A DNA stretch of 64,000 nt from the NCBI GenBank assembly GCA_964652255.1, contig CAZZBM010000001.1:440920-504919 (forward strand), in the 5' to 3' direction. Below the pieces are notes generated by a model. The model saw only the letters and a list, made by a program, of their open reading frames with translations, ran no database searches and was not told the origin of the DNA. Made by a program: the position numbers and the translations under genes. This document shows, piece after piece, positions 1-9,130 of the stretch; positions within the stretch are counted from its first letter, which is position 1, and each line of letters starts with the position of its first letter. The stretch comes from an uncultured bacterium (GTDB taxonomy: Bacteria > Bdellovibrionota > Bacteriovoracia > Bacteriovoracales > CAZZBM01).

Positions 1-162
1 TATGCCGATCATGAAATCTATAAAGCTTTCCTAAACCTGATCCCTTACTTTGTTCCTGTGATTTTTCTTTTTCAAGGTCTTTTTATCTCTTTGGTTCAAG
101 CTTTTATCTTTACTTTATTAGGACTTGTTTATATAAAACTAGCTACAACACATGAAGAATAG
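1..162 (+). CDS. atpB: F0F1 ATP synthase subunit a, C-terminal fragment (5' end outside window)
   Basis: Frame 1 is open from the window edge to TAG at 160-162. The translation ...GLFISLVQAFIFTLLGLVYIKLATTHEE resembles the conserved last TM helix of subunit a. It lies directly upstream of atpE. Confidence 0.75.
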   Translation, partial: YADHEIYKAFLNLIPYFVPVIFLFQGLFISLVQAFIFTLLGLVYIKLATTHEE

Positions 163-171
163 GAGTTTATT

Positions 172-435
172 ATGTTTTATCTATTAACATCATCTTTTGT
201 TTTTGCTGCTGAAGGTGCTTTGGATATGAGATCTTTAGCTGCTGGTTTTGCTATTGCTATTGCTATTTTTGCTGCAGCTATGGCTCAAGGTAAAGCTGCT
301 GCTGCTGCCTTTGAAGGAATGTCTAGAAATCCTTCTGCTGGAAATAGAATTTTTATTGCAATGCTGTTAGCATTAGCTTTAATTGAATCTTTAGCACTTC
401 TTGCTTTTGTTATTTCAAATTCTTTGTTAAAGTAA
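172..435 (+). CDS. atpE: F0F1 ATP synthase subunit c
   Basis: 87 aa forming a two-helix hairpin. It has the loop motif EGMSRNPS and the ion-binding Glu in [19 protein letters not shown] lies 6 nt upstream of the ATG. Confidence 0.9.
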   Translation: MFYLLTSSFVFAAEGALDMRSLAAGFAIAIAIFAAAMAQGKAAAAAFEGMSRNPSAGNRIFIAMLLALALIESLALLAFVISNSLLK

Positions 436-443
436 GACCTTAA

Positions 444-1133
444 ATGGGAATTCTTCTCACTGGGCTTTTTCTTGTTTTTCTAGAAATTGTCTTAAGTTTA
501 GACAATGCTGTTTTTATTGGTTTAATTACAGAGCACTTAGAACCTAAGTTAAGAAAAAAAATTCGTTTTATTGGTGTTAGCCTTGCTATTCTTTTAAGAA
601 TTTTTGCCTTAATTTTTATTAATTATATCTTTTTTCTTAAAAAAAGTTCTGTGCATCTATTTGGTTACTCTGTTGTTTATGCACAGTTTCTTTTTTTCTT
701 TGGAGGATTATTTTTGCTCTATCAATCTTCTAAAGAGCTTTATTATTTTAATAAACCCAAGAAAGATATTCTGGATAAAGGAGGTCCTTTAAAGATTTTT
801 TTTAAAATTATTTTTTTAGACTTAGTTTTTTCCATAGATTCATTACTAACAGCTTTAGCTGTGACTAAAAACATGCTTTTAATTATCACAGCTATCTTAG
901 TTGCAACTTCTACTCTTTTTTTTTCAGTAGAGAGAATTGCTAATTTTATTCAAAAAAAACCTAAAATGAAGCTTTTGGCTATTGTTTTTCTTTTCTTTAT
1001 TTCTGTGATCTTAACCCTTGAAGGCTTTAATATTAAAGTTCCAAAAGAATATCTTAATGCTGCCTTTATTTTTTATATCTTTTTTGAATTTCTATCAACA
1101 AAGATGATTAAAGAAGTTAATTTGAAAAAATAG
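444..1133 (+). CDS. TerC/YjbE-family integral membrane protein
   Basis: Polytopic membrane protein carrying the paired TerC-type motifs VLSLDNAVFIGLI and LDLVFSIDSLLTALAV. Confidence 0.6.
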   Translation: MGILLTGLFLVFLEIVLSLDNAVFIGLITEHLEPKLRKKIRFIGVSLAILLRIFALIFINYIFFLKKSSVHLFGYSVVYAQFLFFFGGLFLLYQSSKELYYFNKPKKDILDKGGPLKIFFKIIFLDLVFSIDSLLTALAVTKNMLLIITAILVATSTLFFSVERIANFIQKKPKMKLLAIVFLFFISVILTLEGFNIKVPKEYLNAAFIFYIFFEFLSTKMIKEVNLKK

Positions 1134-1156
1134 AGAAAGTTTAGTAAAAGAAGTCT

Positions 1157-1954
1157 ATGATTTTTTCACTTTTTGCTCTTTTGATAGAAAAAAACATTCT
1201 TACCTATGGTGGGCAAACTCTTTTTTTAACTCAAGTGAACTCTTTTAAAAAAAACAAGACTATCTATCAACAATCTTTTCAAGAGATAGATTCAGATCCT
1301 AAAGATTTTTTTTTAAAAAGATTTATTGAAAGAGATTATTTAAAAGCTTTTCAAATTAATTTTAATGACCAAGTCTTTGAAGAACAAATTCATTATCGAG
1401 CTCAAAGTTTAAAGATGACTCCTCAAAATTTTATTCAAGCTATCAACCAAAGTGGTTTAAGTTTAAAGGAGTTTCGAGATTTATTAGAATATCAATTTTA
1501 TCATCAAAATTTCGTTCAATCTTTTTCTAATAAAATTGATGCCAAAAATGTTAAAGGAAGTGAAGAAACCTACTATGTATTTAGTCGCTTTGAAGTAAAT
1601 CAAGATGAAGAAAAGGATAAAACAAAATTTAAATTAAAGGTTGAACAACTGGTAAAAAATGGACAATTTGTTGATTATAAAACTTTTACAGCTGCAAAGA
1701 CGCCTTATCCTATAGATGAGTCTTCTTTAGAAGATTCTATGAGAAATGTTTTAAAAACTTTAAAAAATCAAGAAATTTCTCAGGTCTTTTCTGTGGGTAA
1801 TAAATGGATTGTTGTTCATTTGCAATCTCAACAAAGAAAAAAATTATCTCAAGAAGAAACTATGAGAAAAAATCTTATGAAAAAAACTTATGACTTAGCT
1901 AAAAACTATCTAGATCAAGAAGTTCAATCTTTTAAGCTTCATGAAAAATATTAA
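1157..1954 (+). CDS. Hypothetical exported protein, SurA N-terminal-domain-like chaperone (no PPIase motifs seen)
   Basis: Short hydrophobic N-terminus. The helical region QSLKMTPQNFIQAINQSGLSLKEFRDLLEYQ resembles the SurA/PpiD chaperone domain. The similarity is weak. Confidence 0.35.
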   Translation: MIFSLFALLIEKNILTYGGQTLFLTQVNSFKKNKTIYQQSFQEIDSDPKDFFLKRFIERDYLKAFQINFNDQVFEEQIHYRAQSLKMTPQNFIQAINQSGLSLKEFRDLLEYQFYHQNFVQSFSNKIDAKNVKGSEETYYVFSRFEVNQDEEKDKTKFKLKVEQLVKNGQFVDYKTFTAAKTPYPIDESSLEDSMRNVLKTLKNQEISQVFSVGNKWIVVHLQSQQRKKLSQEETMRKNLMKKTYDLAKNYLDQEVQSFKLHEKY

Positions 1955-4445
1955 AATCATTGAAGCTAAAGAACATAATTTAAAAAATATTACAGTTCAT
2001 TTTCCTAGAAATCAATTTATTGTGGTGACTGGTCCTTCTGGTTCAGGAAAGAGTACTCTTATTTATGATTGTTTACATAAGGAGTCTCAAAGGAAATATC
2101 TAGAATCTCTATTTTCTTCTGCAACTCTTTTTTCTGAATCAAGTATTGTGCCAGCTCGTGTAAAAAGTATTGAAAATCTTTCTCCTACTCTAGCTATTGA
2201 TCAAAAAACGACAAGTTTATGGCCACGAATGAGTGTTGGAACTGTTTCTGAAATTTATGATTTTTTAAGACTTTATTTTACTCATTGTTGTGATCAATTT
2301 TGTCTGAGTTGTTCTTCTCCTTTAAGTGAAGGTTCTTTTGAGTCTTTTATTGATAATCTCGAGGTAGATCATTATAAAATTTATTCACCACAAGTTGTTC
2401 ATAAAAAATTAAATCTAGAAAGCATCATTCAAGAGCTTTTAGAAGAAGGCTATGAAAAGGCTTTACTGGATGGTGAAGAAAAAAAACTTTCTTCCATGAA
2501 AGTTAAAAAAAATGTTTATCATACTTTAGAAGTTCTTATTGATGAACAGAAGAAAGAAAGTACACTTTTTGAGTACTCTTTAAAAGTAGCTTTAAAAAAA
2601 AGTATTAATAAAAGTATTAAGCTTGTAGGGAAAAAAACTTATTACTTTTCTCAAAAAAACTATTGTTATCAATGCCAAAAATCTTACCTTCCTTTAATAG
2701 AGGGTTATTTTTCTTTCAACTCTCCTTTAGGGAGCTGTAGAAAATGTCAGGGTTTAGGTGTTGTTAAAATATTAGATGAGATTAAAATTCTCCAATCTTT
2801 TCAAAGTAAAAAAGATCTTTCTAAAAATTTTAATATCAGTATAGGATCTCTCAGTGATAAAATTCTTTCTTATGAAGAGAAAATAAAGCTTATTCATGAG
2901 TATAAAGATTTTTTTTTAGAAAAAGAGGATTTTATTTTAGATGAAACTTGTTCTGAGTGTTTGGGAAAAAGATTAAACAAGGAAAATGAAAGAGCTAAGT
3001 TGCAAGGTAAAAGTATTGGAGAGTTAGCTTTAACAGAATTAGGAGATTTAAAACTTTTTTTTTCTTCTGTAAAAAGAAAAAATCCCTTAGAAGAAAAACT
3101 TCTTAAAGAGATTACTCAAAGAATAGATCTTCTTTGTCATCTAGGTTTAGACTATTTATTTTTACATAGATCTTGTATCTCTCTGTCTGGAGGTGAATAT
3201 CAAAGAATAAGACTTTGTCGTCAAATATCAGAAGATCTTTCAGGGATGATTTATATTTTAGATGAACCTACCATTGGACTTCATCCTTCTGATCATGCAA
3301 AGTTAATTACAACTTTTAAAAAACTTAGAGATTTAAATAATACAGTCATTGTTATTGAACATGACCAAGATATTATCTATCAAAGTGATTATTTAATAGC
3401 TCTTGGACCAAAAGGAGGCTCTCTTGGAGGGAATCTTCTTTATGAAGGACCAACAAAAAATTATCATGAAAAACCTTTTTATCCTCAATTGGTTCAAGCA
3501 AGAGAAATAAAAAAGTGGCATCAATTAAAAATTGAGAAAAAATATAATCTTGAAGAACGAGAGCTCAAAATTCCTTTAGATGTTTTTTGTTGTGTTACAG
3601 GGGTGAGTGGTTCTGGAAAGAGTACTCTTGTTCATGAAATCATTTATAAAAATTTAATAAAAAACAATATTTCTACTTGTCTTTTAGATCAAAGACCTAT
3701 TGGTAAAACCTCAAGATCAAATCTTTTAACTTATTTAAAACTTTTAGATCCTATTAGAAAACTATTTGCTTCTTTAACAGAAAGTCAAAAACGAGGTTTT
3801 ACCTCCAGTGATTTTAGTTTTAATTCTAAAGGAGCTTGTCCTCATTGTTCTGGTTCAGGGGAAGAAGTTTTTGAATCTTTTTATTTAGAAAATTTTTCTT
3901 TGCCTTGTTCTCTTTGCGAAGGATCTAGATATAAGGAATCAGTTTTAGATCTTTATTTTCAAAGTAAGAACATTCATCAAGTTCTTTCTATGAGTGTTGA
4001 AGAAGCTTTGAATTTTTTTGAATTTCATCAAGAAATTGCTAACTCTCTTTCTCTTCTTCAAGACATAGGATTAGGTTATTTAACCTTAGGACAATCTTCT
4101 TCTAGTCTTTCAGGAGGAGAAGCTCAAAGACTTAAAATTGCTTCAGAATTACTTAAAAAAAAGAAACCAGCCACAGTCTATCTTTTAGATGAACCCACTA
4201 CGGGTTTACACAGAAAAGATATTGATATTCTTGTTCAAGTCTTAGAAAAATTACTAGTTGGAGGACATGGGTTAATCATCATAGAACACAATCCAGAATT
4301 AATTCTTAAAAGTGATTATATTTTGGATATGGGTCCAGAAGGAGGTCGTCGTGGAGGACAAATTCTTTTTGAAGGACCTTTACAAGATTTTTTAAAGACT
4401 TCAACTAAAACCAGTTTGATTTTAAATCAGTGTCTTAAGTTTTAG
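1941..4445 (+). CDS. uvrA: Excinuclease ABC subunit A (compact, 834 aa)
   Basis: Both ABC sites are intact. Site motifs are GPSGSGKST, LSGGEYQRIRL and ILDEPTIGLH, then GVSGSGKST, LSGGEAQRLKI and LLDEPTTGLH. CxxC zinc modules and the RSN motif (IGKTSRSNLLTY) are present. Confidence 0.85.
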   Translation: MKNIKIIEAKEHNLKNITVHFPRNQFIVVTGPSGSGKSTLIYDCLHKESQRKYLESLFSSATLFSESSIVPARVKSIENLSPTLAIDQKTTSLWPRMSVGTVSEIYDFLRLYFTHCCDQFCLSCSSPLSEGSFESFIDNLEVDHYKIYSPQVVHKKLNLESIIQELLEEGYEKALLDGEEKKLSSMKVKKNVYHTLEVLIDEQKKESTLFEYSLKVALKKSINKSIKLVGKKTYYFSQKNYCYQCQKSYLPLIEGYFSFNSPLGSCRKCQGLGVVKILDEIKILQSFQSKKDLSKNFNISIGSLSDKILSYEEKIKLIHEYKDFFLEKEDFILDETCSECLGKRLNKENERAKLQGKSIGELALTELGDLKLFFSSVKRKNPLEEKLLKEITQRIDLLCHLGLDYLFLHRSCISLSGGEYQRIRLCRQISEDLSGMIYILDEPTIGLHPSDHAKLITTFKKLRDLNNTVIVIEHDQDIIYQSDYLIALGPKGGSLGGNLLYEGPTKNYHEKPFYPQLVQAREIKKWHQLKIEKKYNLEERELKIPLDVFCCVTGVSGSGKSTLVHEIIYKNLIKNNISTCLLDQRPIGKTSRSNLLTYLKLLDPIRKLFASLTESQKRGFTSSDFSFNSKGACPHCSGSGEEVFESFYLENFSLPCSLCEGSRYKESVLDLYFQSKNIHQVLSMSVEEALNFFEFHQEIANSLSLLQDIGLGYLTLGQSSSSLSGGEAQRLKIASELLKKKKPATVYLLDEPTTGLHRKDIDILVQVLEKLLVGGHGLIIIEHNPELILKSDYILDMGPEGGRRGGQILFEGPLQDFLKTSTKTSLILNQCLKF

Positions 4446-4482
4446 GCAAAATCTGCCGACAATTTTTTTAAAGGAGATAAAA

Positions 4483-4638
4483 ATGTTTTTTTTATTAAAA
4501 ACACTAGTACTATTTAAATTTATGAATATAAATAACTCATTGGTAGGTAAAGATGAGAAAATTCAAAAGACGAATAAAAAGGATGGGAAGAAAAATTGTT
4601 CTTCTTGTTCTTCTGGATGTTCTTGCGGAACTTGTTAA
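4483..4638 (+). CDS. Small ORF (51 aa) with a Cys/Ser/Gly-rich C-terminus; not in the supplied ORF track
   Basis: AAGGAG at 4471-4476 lies 6 nt before the ATG at 4483. The translation is MFFLLKTLVLFKFMNINNSLVGKDEKIQKTNKKDGKKNCSSCSSGCSCGTC. The stop codon overlaps the mfd stop by 4 nt (convergent genes). Confidence 0.35.
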   Translation: MFFLLKTLVLFKFMNINNSLVGKDEKIQKTNKKDGKKNCSSCSSGCSCGTC

Positions 4639-7600
4639 AAGAGTGCGTTAATTTTTTCTAAAAGGGGAATTAACTGATTTCTTTTTTCTATAGAAAGTTT
4701 ATTAGGTGGAAGCATTTTAACAAAAAGGCTTTTTCCTATAAAAGAAAGAAGTTTTGTTAATTGCTCTTCTGTTAGGGCTTTTAGAATTAAAGTTAAGTTT
4801 TTTTCTGAATCAATAATCTTTTCTAAAGGAATATTTTTTAGAAGAAGTTTATAAGAGATAAGCTCATAAAGTTTTTCTAACTCTAAAGGAAAATCTCCAT
4901 AAAGAGATTCAGTTTCTTTTCTAAAGTTTTCAAGTTCATCATAATAACGAATTAAAGAAAGTTTCTTGAAAAAAACAAGACGTTCTTTTTCTGAGTTAAG
5001 ATAAGTTTTAGGAAGAGTAAAAGAATGAGTGCTTTGAATTTCAACTTCGTCTTGTCTTTCTTTTTTATTTTCTAACTCATTAAGAGCTTCTTGTAGTAGC
5101 TCTAAGTAAAGCTCTAATCCTATTTTAAAAACATGTCCAGATTGTTCTGCTCCTAAAATATTTCCAGGACCTCTCAGATCAAGATCTTGTTGAGATAAAC
5201 TAAGTCCTTCTTGAAAATGCTCTAAGGCTAAAAGCCTTTCTCTAGTGTGGTCTTTTAAAACTTTTTTTGGAACAAAAAAATAAGCATAAGCTTGTTCTTT
5301 TCCTCGTCCAACTCTTCCTTTAATTTGATGAAGTTGAGCTAGTCCAAATCGGTCTGAAGAAAAAACAATAAGAGTATTAGCATTAGGGAGATCAATTCCG
5401 GATTCAATTAAAATAGTGGTTAAAAGAATTTGAATTTTTCCTTGATAAAATTCAAGAAATGTTTTTTCTAATTTTGTTGTTGAAAGTTGTGAATGAGTAA
5501 TTCCAAAAGTAAATTGAGGGTATTTAATTTTTAATTTTTCATGAAGCTCATAAAGAGCATCAATTCTGTAGTGGACAATAAAAACTTGTCCCTTTCTTTT
5601 TACTTCTCTGAGAATGGCTTCATCTAGGGTTTTAAAATTTTCTTCTAAAAAATAGGTTTTAATGGGGTGTCTGTTCTTAGGCTTTGTTGTAATTAAAGAA
5701 AGATCTTTTAACTGAAATAAAGAGAGTTGAAGAGTTCTCGGAATAGGTGTTGCAGAAAGATAAAGTAAATCTAGAAGAGGATATTTTGTTTTTAAGATTT
5801 CTTTTTGATCAACTCCAAATTTATGTTCTTCATCAATAACTAATAAACCAAGATCTCTAAAGACAAGGTCTTTAGAGAGTGCTTTAGAAGTAGAAATAAG
5901 AAGGTCAATAGAACCTTCTTTGATTTTTTCTTTAATAAGTTTAACTTCTTTATTGGTTTTAAATCGATTCAAAAATTCTATTTTAAAGCTAGTGTTTTTA
6001 AATCTTTCCTGAAAAGAAAGGTAATGTTGATAAGAAAGAATACTAGTAGGACAAAGAAGAAGAGCTTGTTTATGACAAAGAAGAACTCTATGAATAGCTC
6101 TCATGGCTACTTCAGTTTTACCTACTCCAACGTCACCACAAAGAAGTCTGTCCATGGGATTATCTGATTCTAGATCATCAAAAATTTCTTCAGTACATTT
6201 TTTTTGATCTTGAGTGAGATCAAAAAAACAGTCAGAAAAAAAATGCAACTCTTCTTGCTCTAAAAAATCATTTTCTAGAATATAAGGAGTTCTTTTATGG
6301 ATCTTTCTCTGAGCTTGAAGCTCTAGAAGATCATAGGCTAATTCCTTGAGAGAGGATTTAGCTTTGTTTTTGATGTCGTGAAATTTTTTTGATTGGAGAG
6401 AGTCTAATTTTGGATGACCCTCATGAGGATGCAGAGAAATCTTATTAATTTTATAAAGAGGAAGATAGATTTTTTCTTCTTGAGCGTATTCTATTAATAG
6501 AAATTCTTCTTCTTCTCTTGGATTAAGAGTGACTAATCCTAGGTAGCGACCTAGTCCAAAATCTTTATGGATAACATATTTACCGAGAGAGAGATCTTTT
6601 AAGGTTAAAGAAAAAAAATCTTCTTTTCTAGAAGATTTTCTTCTCTCTTTTTGTTCTTTTAAAAAAAGAATTTCTTCTGAGGGGAGAATATAAGATTTAT
6701 CTAAGTATCCTTTAATTTGAGCTTCTTCACTAAAGCCAATTTTGATTTTTTGATAATGAGGATAATGAGCACTATCTCCAGAAAAAGATTTTAAATCTAA
6801 GGTTCCTTGAGCTTTTGCATAAAATGGAAAGAAGAAGTAACTTTGAAGAGGTTTTTCTCTCTTAAAAAACTGATCAGATTCTTTTGGAGAAGAAAATTCA
6901 TCATCAAAAAAAACAAGAGAAGATGAGGGAAAAAATTCTTCAATAAAGCTATGTTCTTTAAAACATAAGCTTAAAAAATAGTTTAAATTTAAATGATCTT
7001 CTTTTTTTAATGTTTTAAAAAAAGCTTGTTTTAGATTTTGATCCTCTATTTTTGATCTTAAATAATCAAAAGAAGGTTGTTCGTTTTTAAAAAGAACAAC
7101 TTGAGAGAGTTCTTTTTCTGTTGGTAAAAAGTAGTTATCCAAGAGTTGAATTTTTTTTAATAGACCTTCTTTGAAAAGAAGACGATAGGGTTGATCTAGA
7201 TAAAAATCTAGAATAGAGCCTTTGTAAACAAAGGATTTTTTTTCTAAAGAAGAAGAAGATTGAAAGTTTTGTTCTTTAAAAAACGCAAGAAGATCTTCTT
7301 GAGAAGAATTTTTTTTTAATACAAATTGATCTTGAAAAAAATTTTTAGGAGGAAGTTTTCTAAAATAAGCCTCAGTAGGAAAAAAAAAGATTCCCTCTTG
7401 GAGATAAGTTTTTTGTAAAAAAGTGAGTTCTTCAAAAGTATCAGATCCTAAAGTTTGTGGATCAAGATTAAGAGCAGGGTAAAGATGAAGAGTAGGAAAC
7501 ATTTGAGATTGTTCACAGGTAGAGAAGATCTCTTCATAATGAGGAGAAAAAATAAGAATTCTTTTTTTTTCTTTTAAGAGATAAGAGAGGATAAGTGGAA

Positions 7601-7661
7601 AGTGAGAAGTGAAAACCCCTTGATAAGAATGAGTGAAAGCTTCTTTTAAAAATTTATTCAT
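4635..7661 (-). CDS. mfd: Transcription-repair coupling factor
   Basis: 1008 aa with SF2 helicase motifs CGDVGVGKTEVAMRA, VIDEEHKFGV, LSATPIPRTL and GRVGRG. A CarD-like region (VIHKDFGLGRY) precedes the helicase core. Confidence 0.9.
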   Translation of the reverse strand: MNKFLKEAFTHSYQGVFTSHFPLILSYLLKEKKRILIFSPHYEEIFSTCEQSQMFPTLHLYPALNLDPQTLGSDTFEELTFLQKTYLQEGIFFFPTEAYFRKLPPKNFFQDQFVLKKNSSQEDLLAFFKEQNFQSSSSLEKKSFVYKGSILDFYLDQPYRLLFKEGLLKKIQLLDNYFLPTEKELSQVVLFKNEQPSFDYLRSKIEDQNLKQAFFKTLKKEDHLNLNYFLSLCFKEHSFIEEFFPSSSLVFFDDEFSSPKESDQFFKREKPLQSYFFFPFYAKAQGTLDLKSFSGDSAHYPHYQKIKIGFSEEAQIKGYLDKSYILPSEEILFLKEQKERRKSSRKEDFFSLTLKDLSLGKYVIHKDFGLGRYLGLVTLNPREEEEFLLIEYAQEEKIYLPLYKINKISLHPHEGHPKLDSLQSKKFHDIKNKAKSSLKELAYDLLELQAQRKIHKRTPYILENDFLEQEELHFFSDCFFDLTQDQKKCTEEIFDDLESDNPMDRLLCGDVGVGKTEVAMRAIHRVLLCHKQALLLCPTSILSYQHYLSFQERFKNTSFKIEFLNRFKTNKEVKLIKEKIKEGSIDLLISTSKALSKDLVFRDLGLLVIDEEHKFGVDQKEILKTKYPLLDLLYLSATPIPRTLQLSLFQLKDLSLITTKPKNRHPIKTYFLEENFKTLDEAILREVKRKGQVFIVHYRIDALYELHEKLKIKYPQFTFGITHSQLSTTKLEKTFLEFYQGKIQILLTTILIESGIDLPNANTLIVFSSDRFGLAQLHQIKGRVGRGKEQAYAYFFVPKKVLKDHTRERLLALEHFQEGLSLSQQDLDLRGPGNILGAEQSGHVFKIGLELYLELLQEALNELENKKERQDEVEIQSTHSFTLPKTYLNSEKERLVFFKKLSLIRYYDELENFRKETESLYGDFPLELEKLYELISYKLLLKNIPLEKIIDSEKNLTLILKALTEEQLTKLLSFIGKSLFVKMLPPNKLSIEKRNQLIPLLEKINALF

Positions 7662-7691
7662 TATTTAAAATCTTTTTGTTAGTCTTAAAGA

Positions 7692-8063
7692 ATGGGACTT
7701 GTTGCCTTATTTTTTATACCAATATTTGCTTTGATTTTCTATGTTGGAATTCACCTTCTTGTCAAAGTTCTTGCTCCAAAGGACCCCCCTGGGCAGTACC
7801 AAGGTTTGGTTTATGAATGTGGATTAATTCCCAAGGAACAGAAAAGATTTTTTTCAGTACGTTTTTTTGTCGTTGCTCTTATTTTTTTAGTTTTTGACGT
7901 AGAAACTACTTTAATGATTCCTTTGATGAAAATTTTTAAACCTCTTAATGAAAAAGGAGAAGGGCTTTTTCTTTTGCTTTTAATTCTTTCTTTTATGATT
8001 ATCTTAGTAGAAGGACTTTTATTTTGTTGGAAAAAGGGAGATCTACAATGGCTCAAGGATTAA
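7692..8063 (+). CDS. nuoA: NADH-quinone oxidoreductase subunit A
   Basis: 123 aa with 3 TM segments. Motifs are YECGLIP and FLVFDVETTLMIP. Confidence 0.85.
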   Translation: MGLVALFFIPIFALIFYVGIHLLVKVLAPKDPPGQYQGLVYECGLIPKEQKRFFSVRFFVVALIFLVFDVETTLMIPLMKIFKPLNEKGEGLFLLLLILSFMIILVEGLLFCWKKGDLQWLKD

Positions 8064-9130
8064 AATCTTTTTATGAGCATTTAATAGAGTGGGATGATGT
8101 TTCTGTTTATGTTTTAATTTGTCTTTTTGCTATGCTTACTTTTTTAATTTTTTTTGCCATAGGAGCCCTAGGAACCTTAGCAGAAAGAAAAGTATCAGCT
8201 GATCTTCAAAAAAGACTAGGTCCTAATAGGATTGGTCCTTTTGGACTTTTTCAATTTGTTGCTGATGCTTTAAAAATGATTACAAAACAACATCTTATGC
8301 CAAAAGGGGCAAATTCATTTTTATATCTTTTAGCTCCTTATCTTGCTTTTTTAAGCCTAGGTCTTTCTGTCTTGGTTTTACCTCTTTCTGAATCTATTTT
8401 TATTTGGGATTTTTCTGTAAGTTCTTTTTATCTCGTAGCGGTTTCATCGTTGATGGGAATAGCTATTTTTTTAGGCGGATATGCTTCTTTATCTACTTGG
8501 AGTTTACTAGGAGGCTTAAGAGGAGCCTCTCAGATGATTAGCTATGAAGTTCCTTTGGTGATTTCTTTATTTAATATTGTTTTGTTATCTGGAGAAGCTT
8601 CTTTGCAAGGTATTGTGCAGGCTCAAGGAGGTCTTCCTATTGATTGGTTTATTTTTCATAATCCTTTTAGTTTTATGAGTTTTTTTATTTTTTTTATCTG
8701 CATGCTAGCTGAAACCAACAGAGCTCCCTTTGATTTACCTGAATCTGAGTCTGAACTAGTATCAGGTTTTCATACAGAGTATTCTGGAATGAAATATGCT
8801 TTTTTTGCTATTTCAGAATTTGCTCAAGTTTTTGTCGTTTCTATTGTTTGCTCCTCTCTTTTTTTAGGAGGGTATCAAATGCCTTTAGATATTTTTGATG
8901 AGCCCATCTTAAGAAATTTAGCTCAGCTAGGAACTTTATTTATAAAAGCGTCTTTTCTTTATTTTATGATTTTAGTGATCAGATGGTCTTTACCTAGATT
9001 AAAAGCAAGTCAACTTATGAGTTTATCTTGGAAGTATCTTACTCCTTTATCAATTTTTTTATTATTAGGCTCAGCTTGTTGGATGATTATTTTTGGAGGA
9101 AAATCTTTTATAAGATTATGGTTTTCTTAA
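8048..9130 (+). CDS. nuoH: NADH-quinone oxidoreductase subunit H
   Basis: Motifs AERKVSADLQKRLGPNRIGPFGLFQ and AETNRAPFDLPESESELVSGFHTEYSG. I prefer the ATG at 8048 (GGGAG upstream) to the TTG at 8024 used in the track. Confidence 0.9.
   Translation: MAQGLKSFYEHLIEWDDVSVYVLICLFAMLTFLIFFAIGALGTLAERKVSADLQKRLGPNRIGPFGLFQFVADALKMITKQHLMPKGANSFLYLLAPYLAFLSLGLSVLVLPLSESIFIWDFSVSSFYLVAVSSLMGIAIFLGGYASLSTWSLLGGLRGASQMISYEVPLVISLFNIVLLSGEASLQGIVQAQGGLPIDWFIFHNPFSFMSFFIFFICMLAETNRAPFDLPESESELVSGFHTEYSGMKYAFFAISEFAQVFVVSIVCSSLFLGGYQMPLDIFDEPILRNLAQLGTLFIKASFLYFMILVIRWSLPRLKASQLMSLSWKYLTPLSIFLLLGSACWMIIFGGKSFIRLWFS

Noticed and set aside
1941-4445. The 834-aa UvrA as a class II (UvrB-binding-domain-less) paralogue, because it is about 100 aa shorter than E. 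coli UvrA.
   Set aside because: The segment between the first two zinc-module halves (CLSCSSPL ... YCYQCQKS) is still about 130 aa. It aligns by eye with the UvrB-binding-domain region (EEGYEKALLDGEEKKL against QGYIRARIDGEVCDL). The shortening therefore looks like general genome-wide compaction rather than loss of a domain.
8024-9117. The longest-ORF starts given in the track for nuoH (8024 TTG), nuoJ (9028), the ALDH-like gene (21584 TTG), terC (18257 TTG), the first SMR gene (25575 TTG) and the small TM ORF (61657 TTG).
   Set aside because: These extensions run deep into the upstream gene and add residues not seen at the N-termini of the respective families. Downstream ATG codons, with Shine-Dalgarno-like sequences where visible, give family-typical N-termini.
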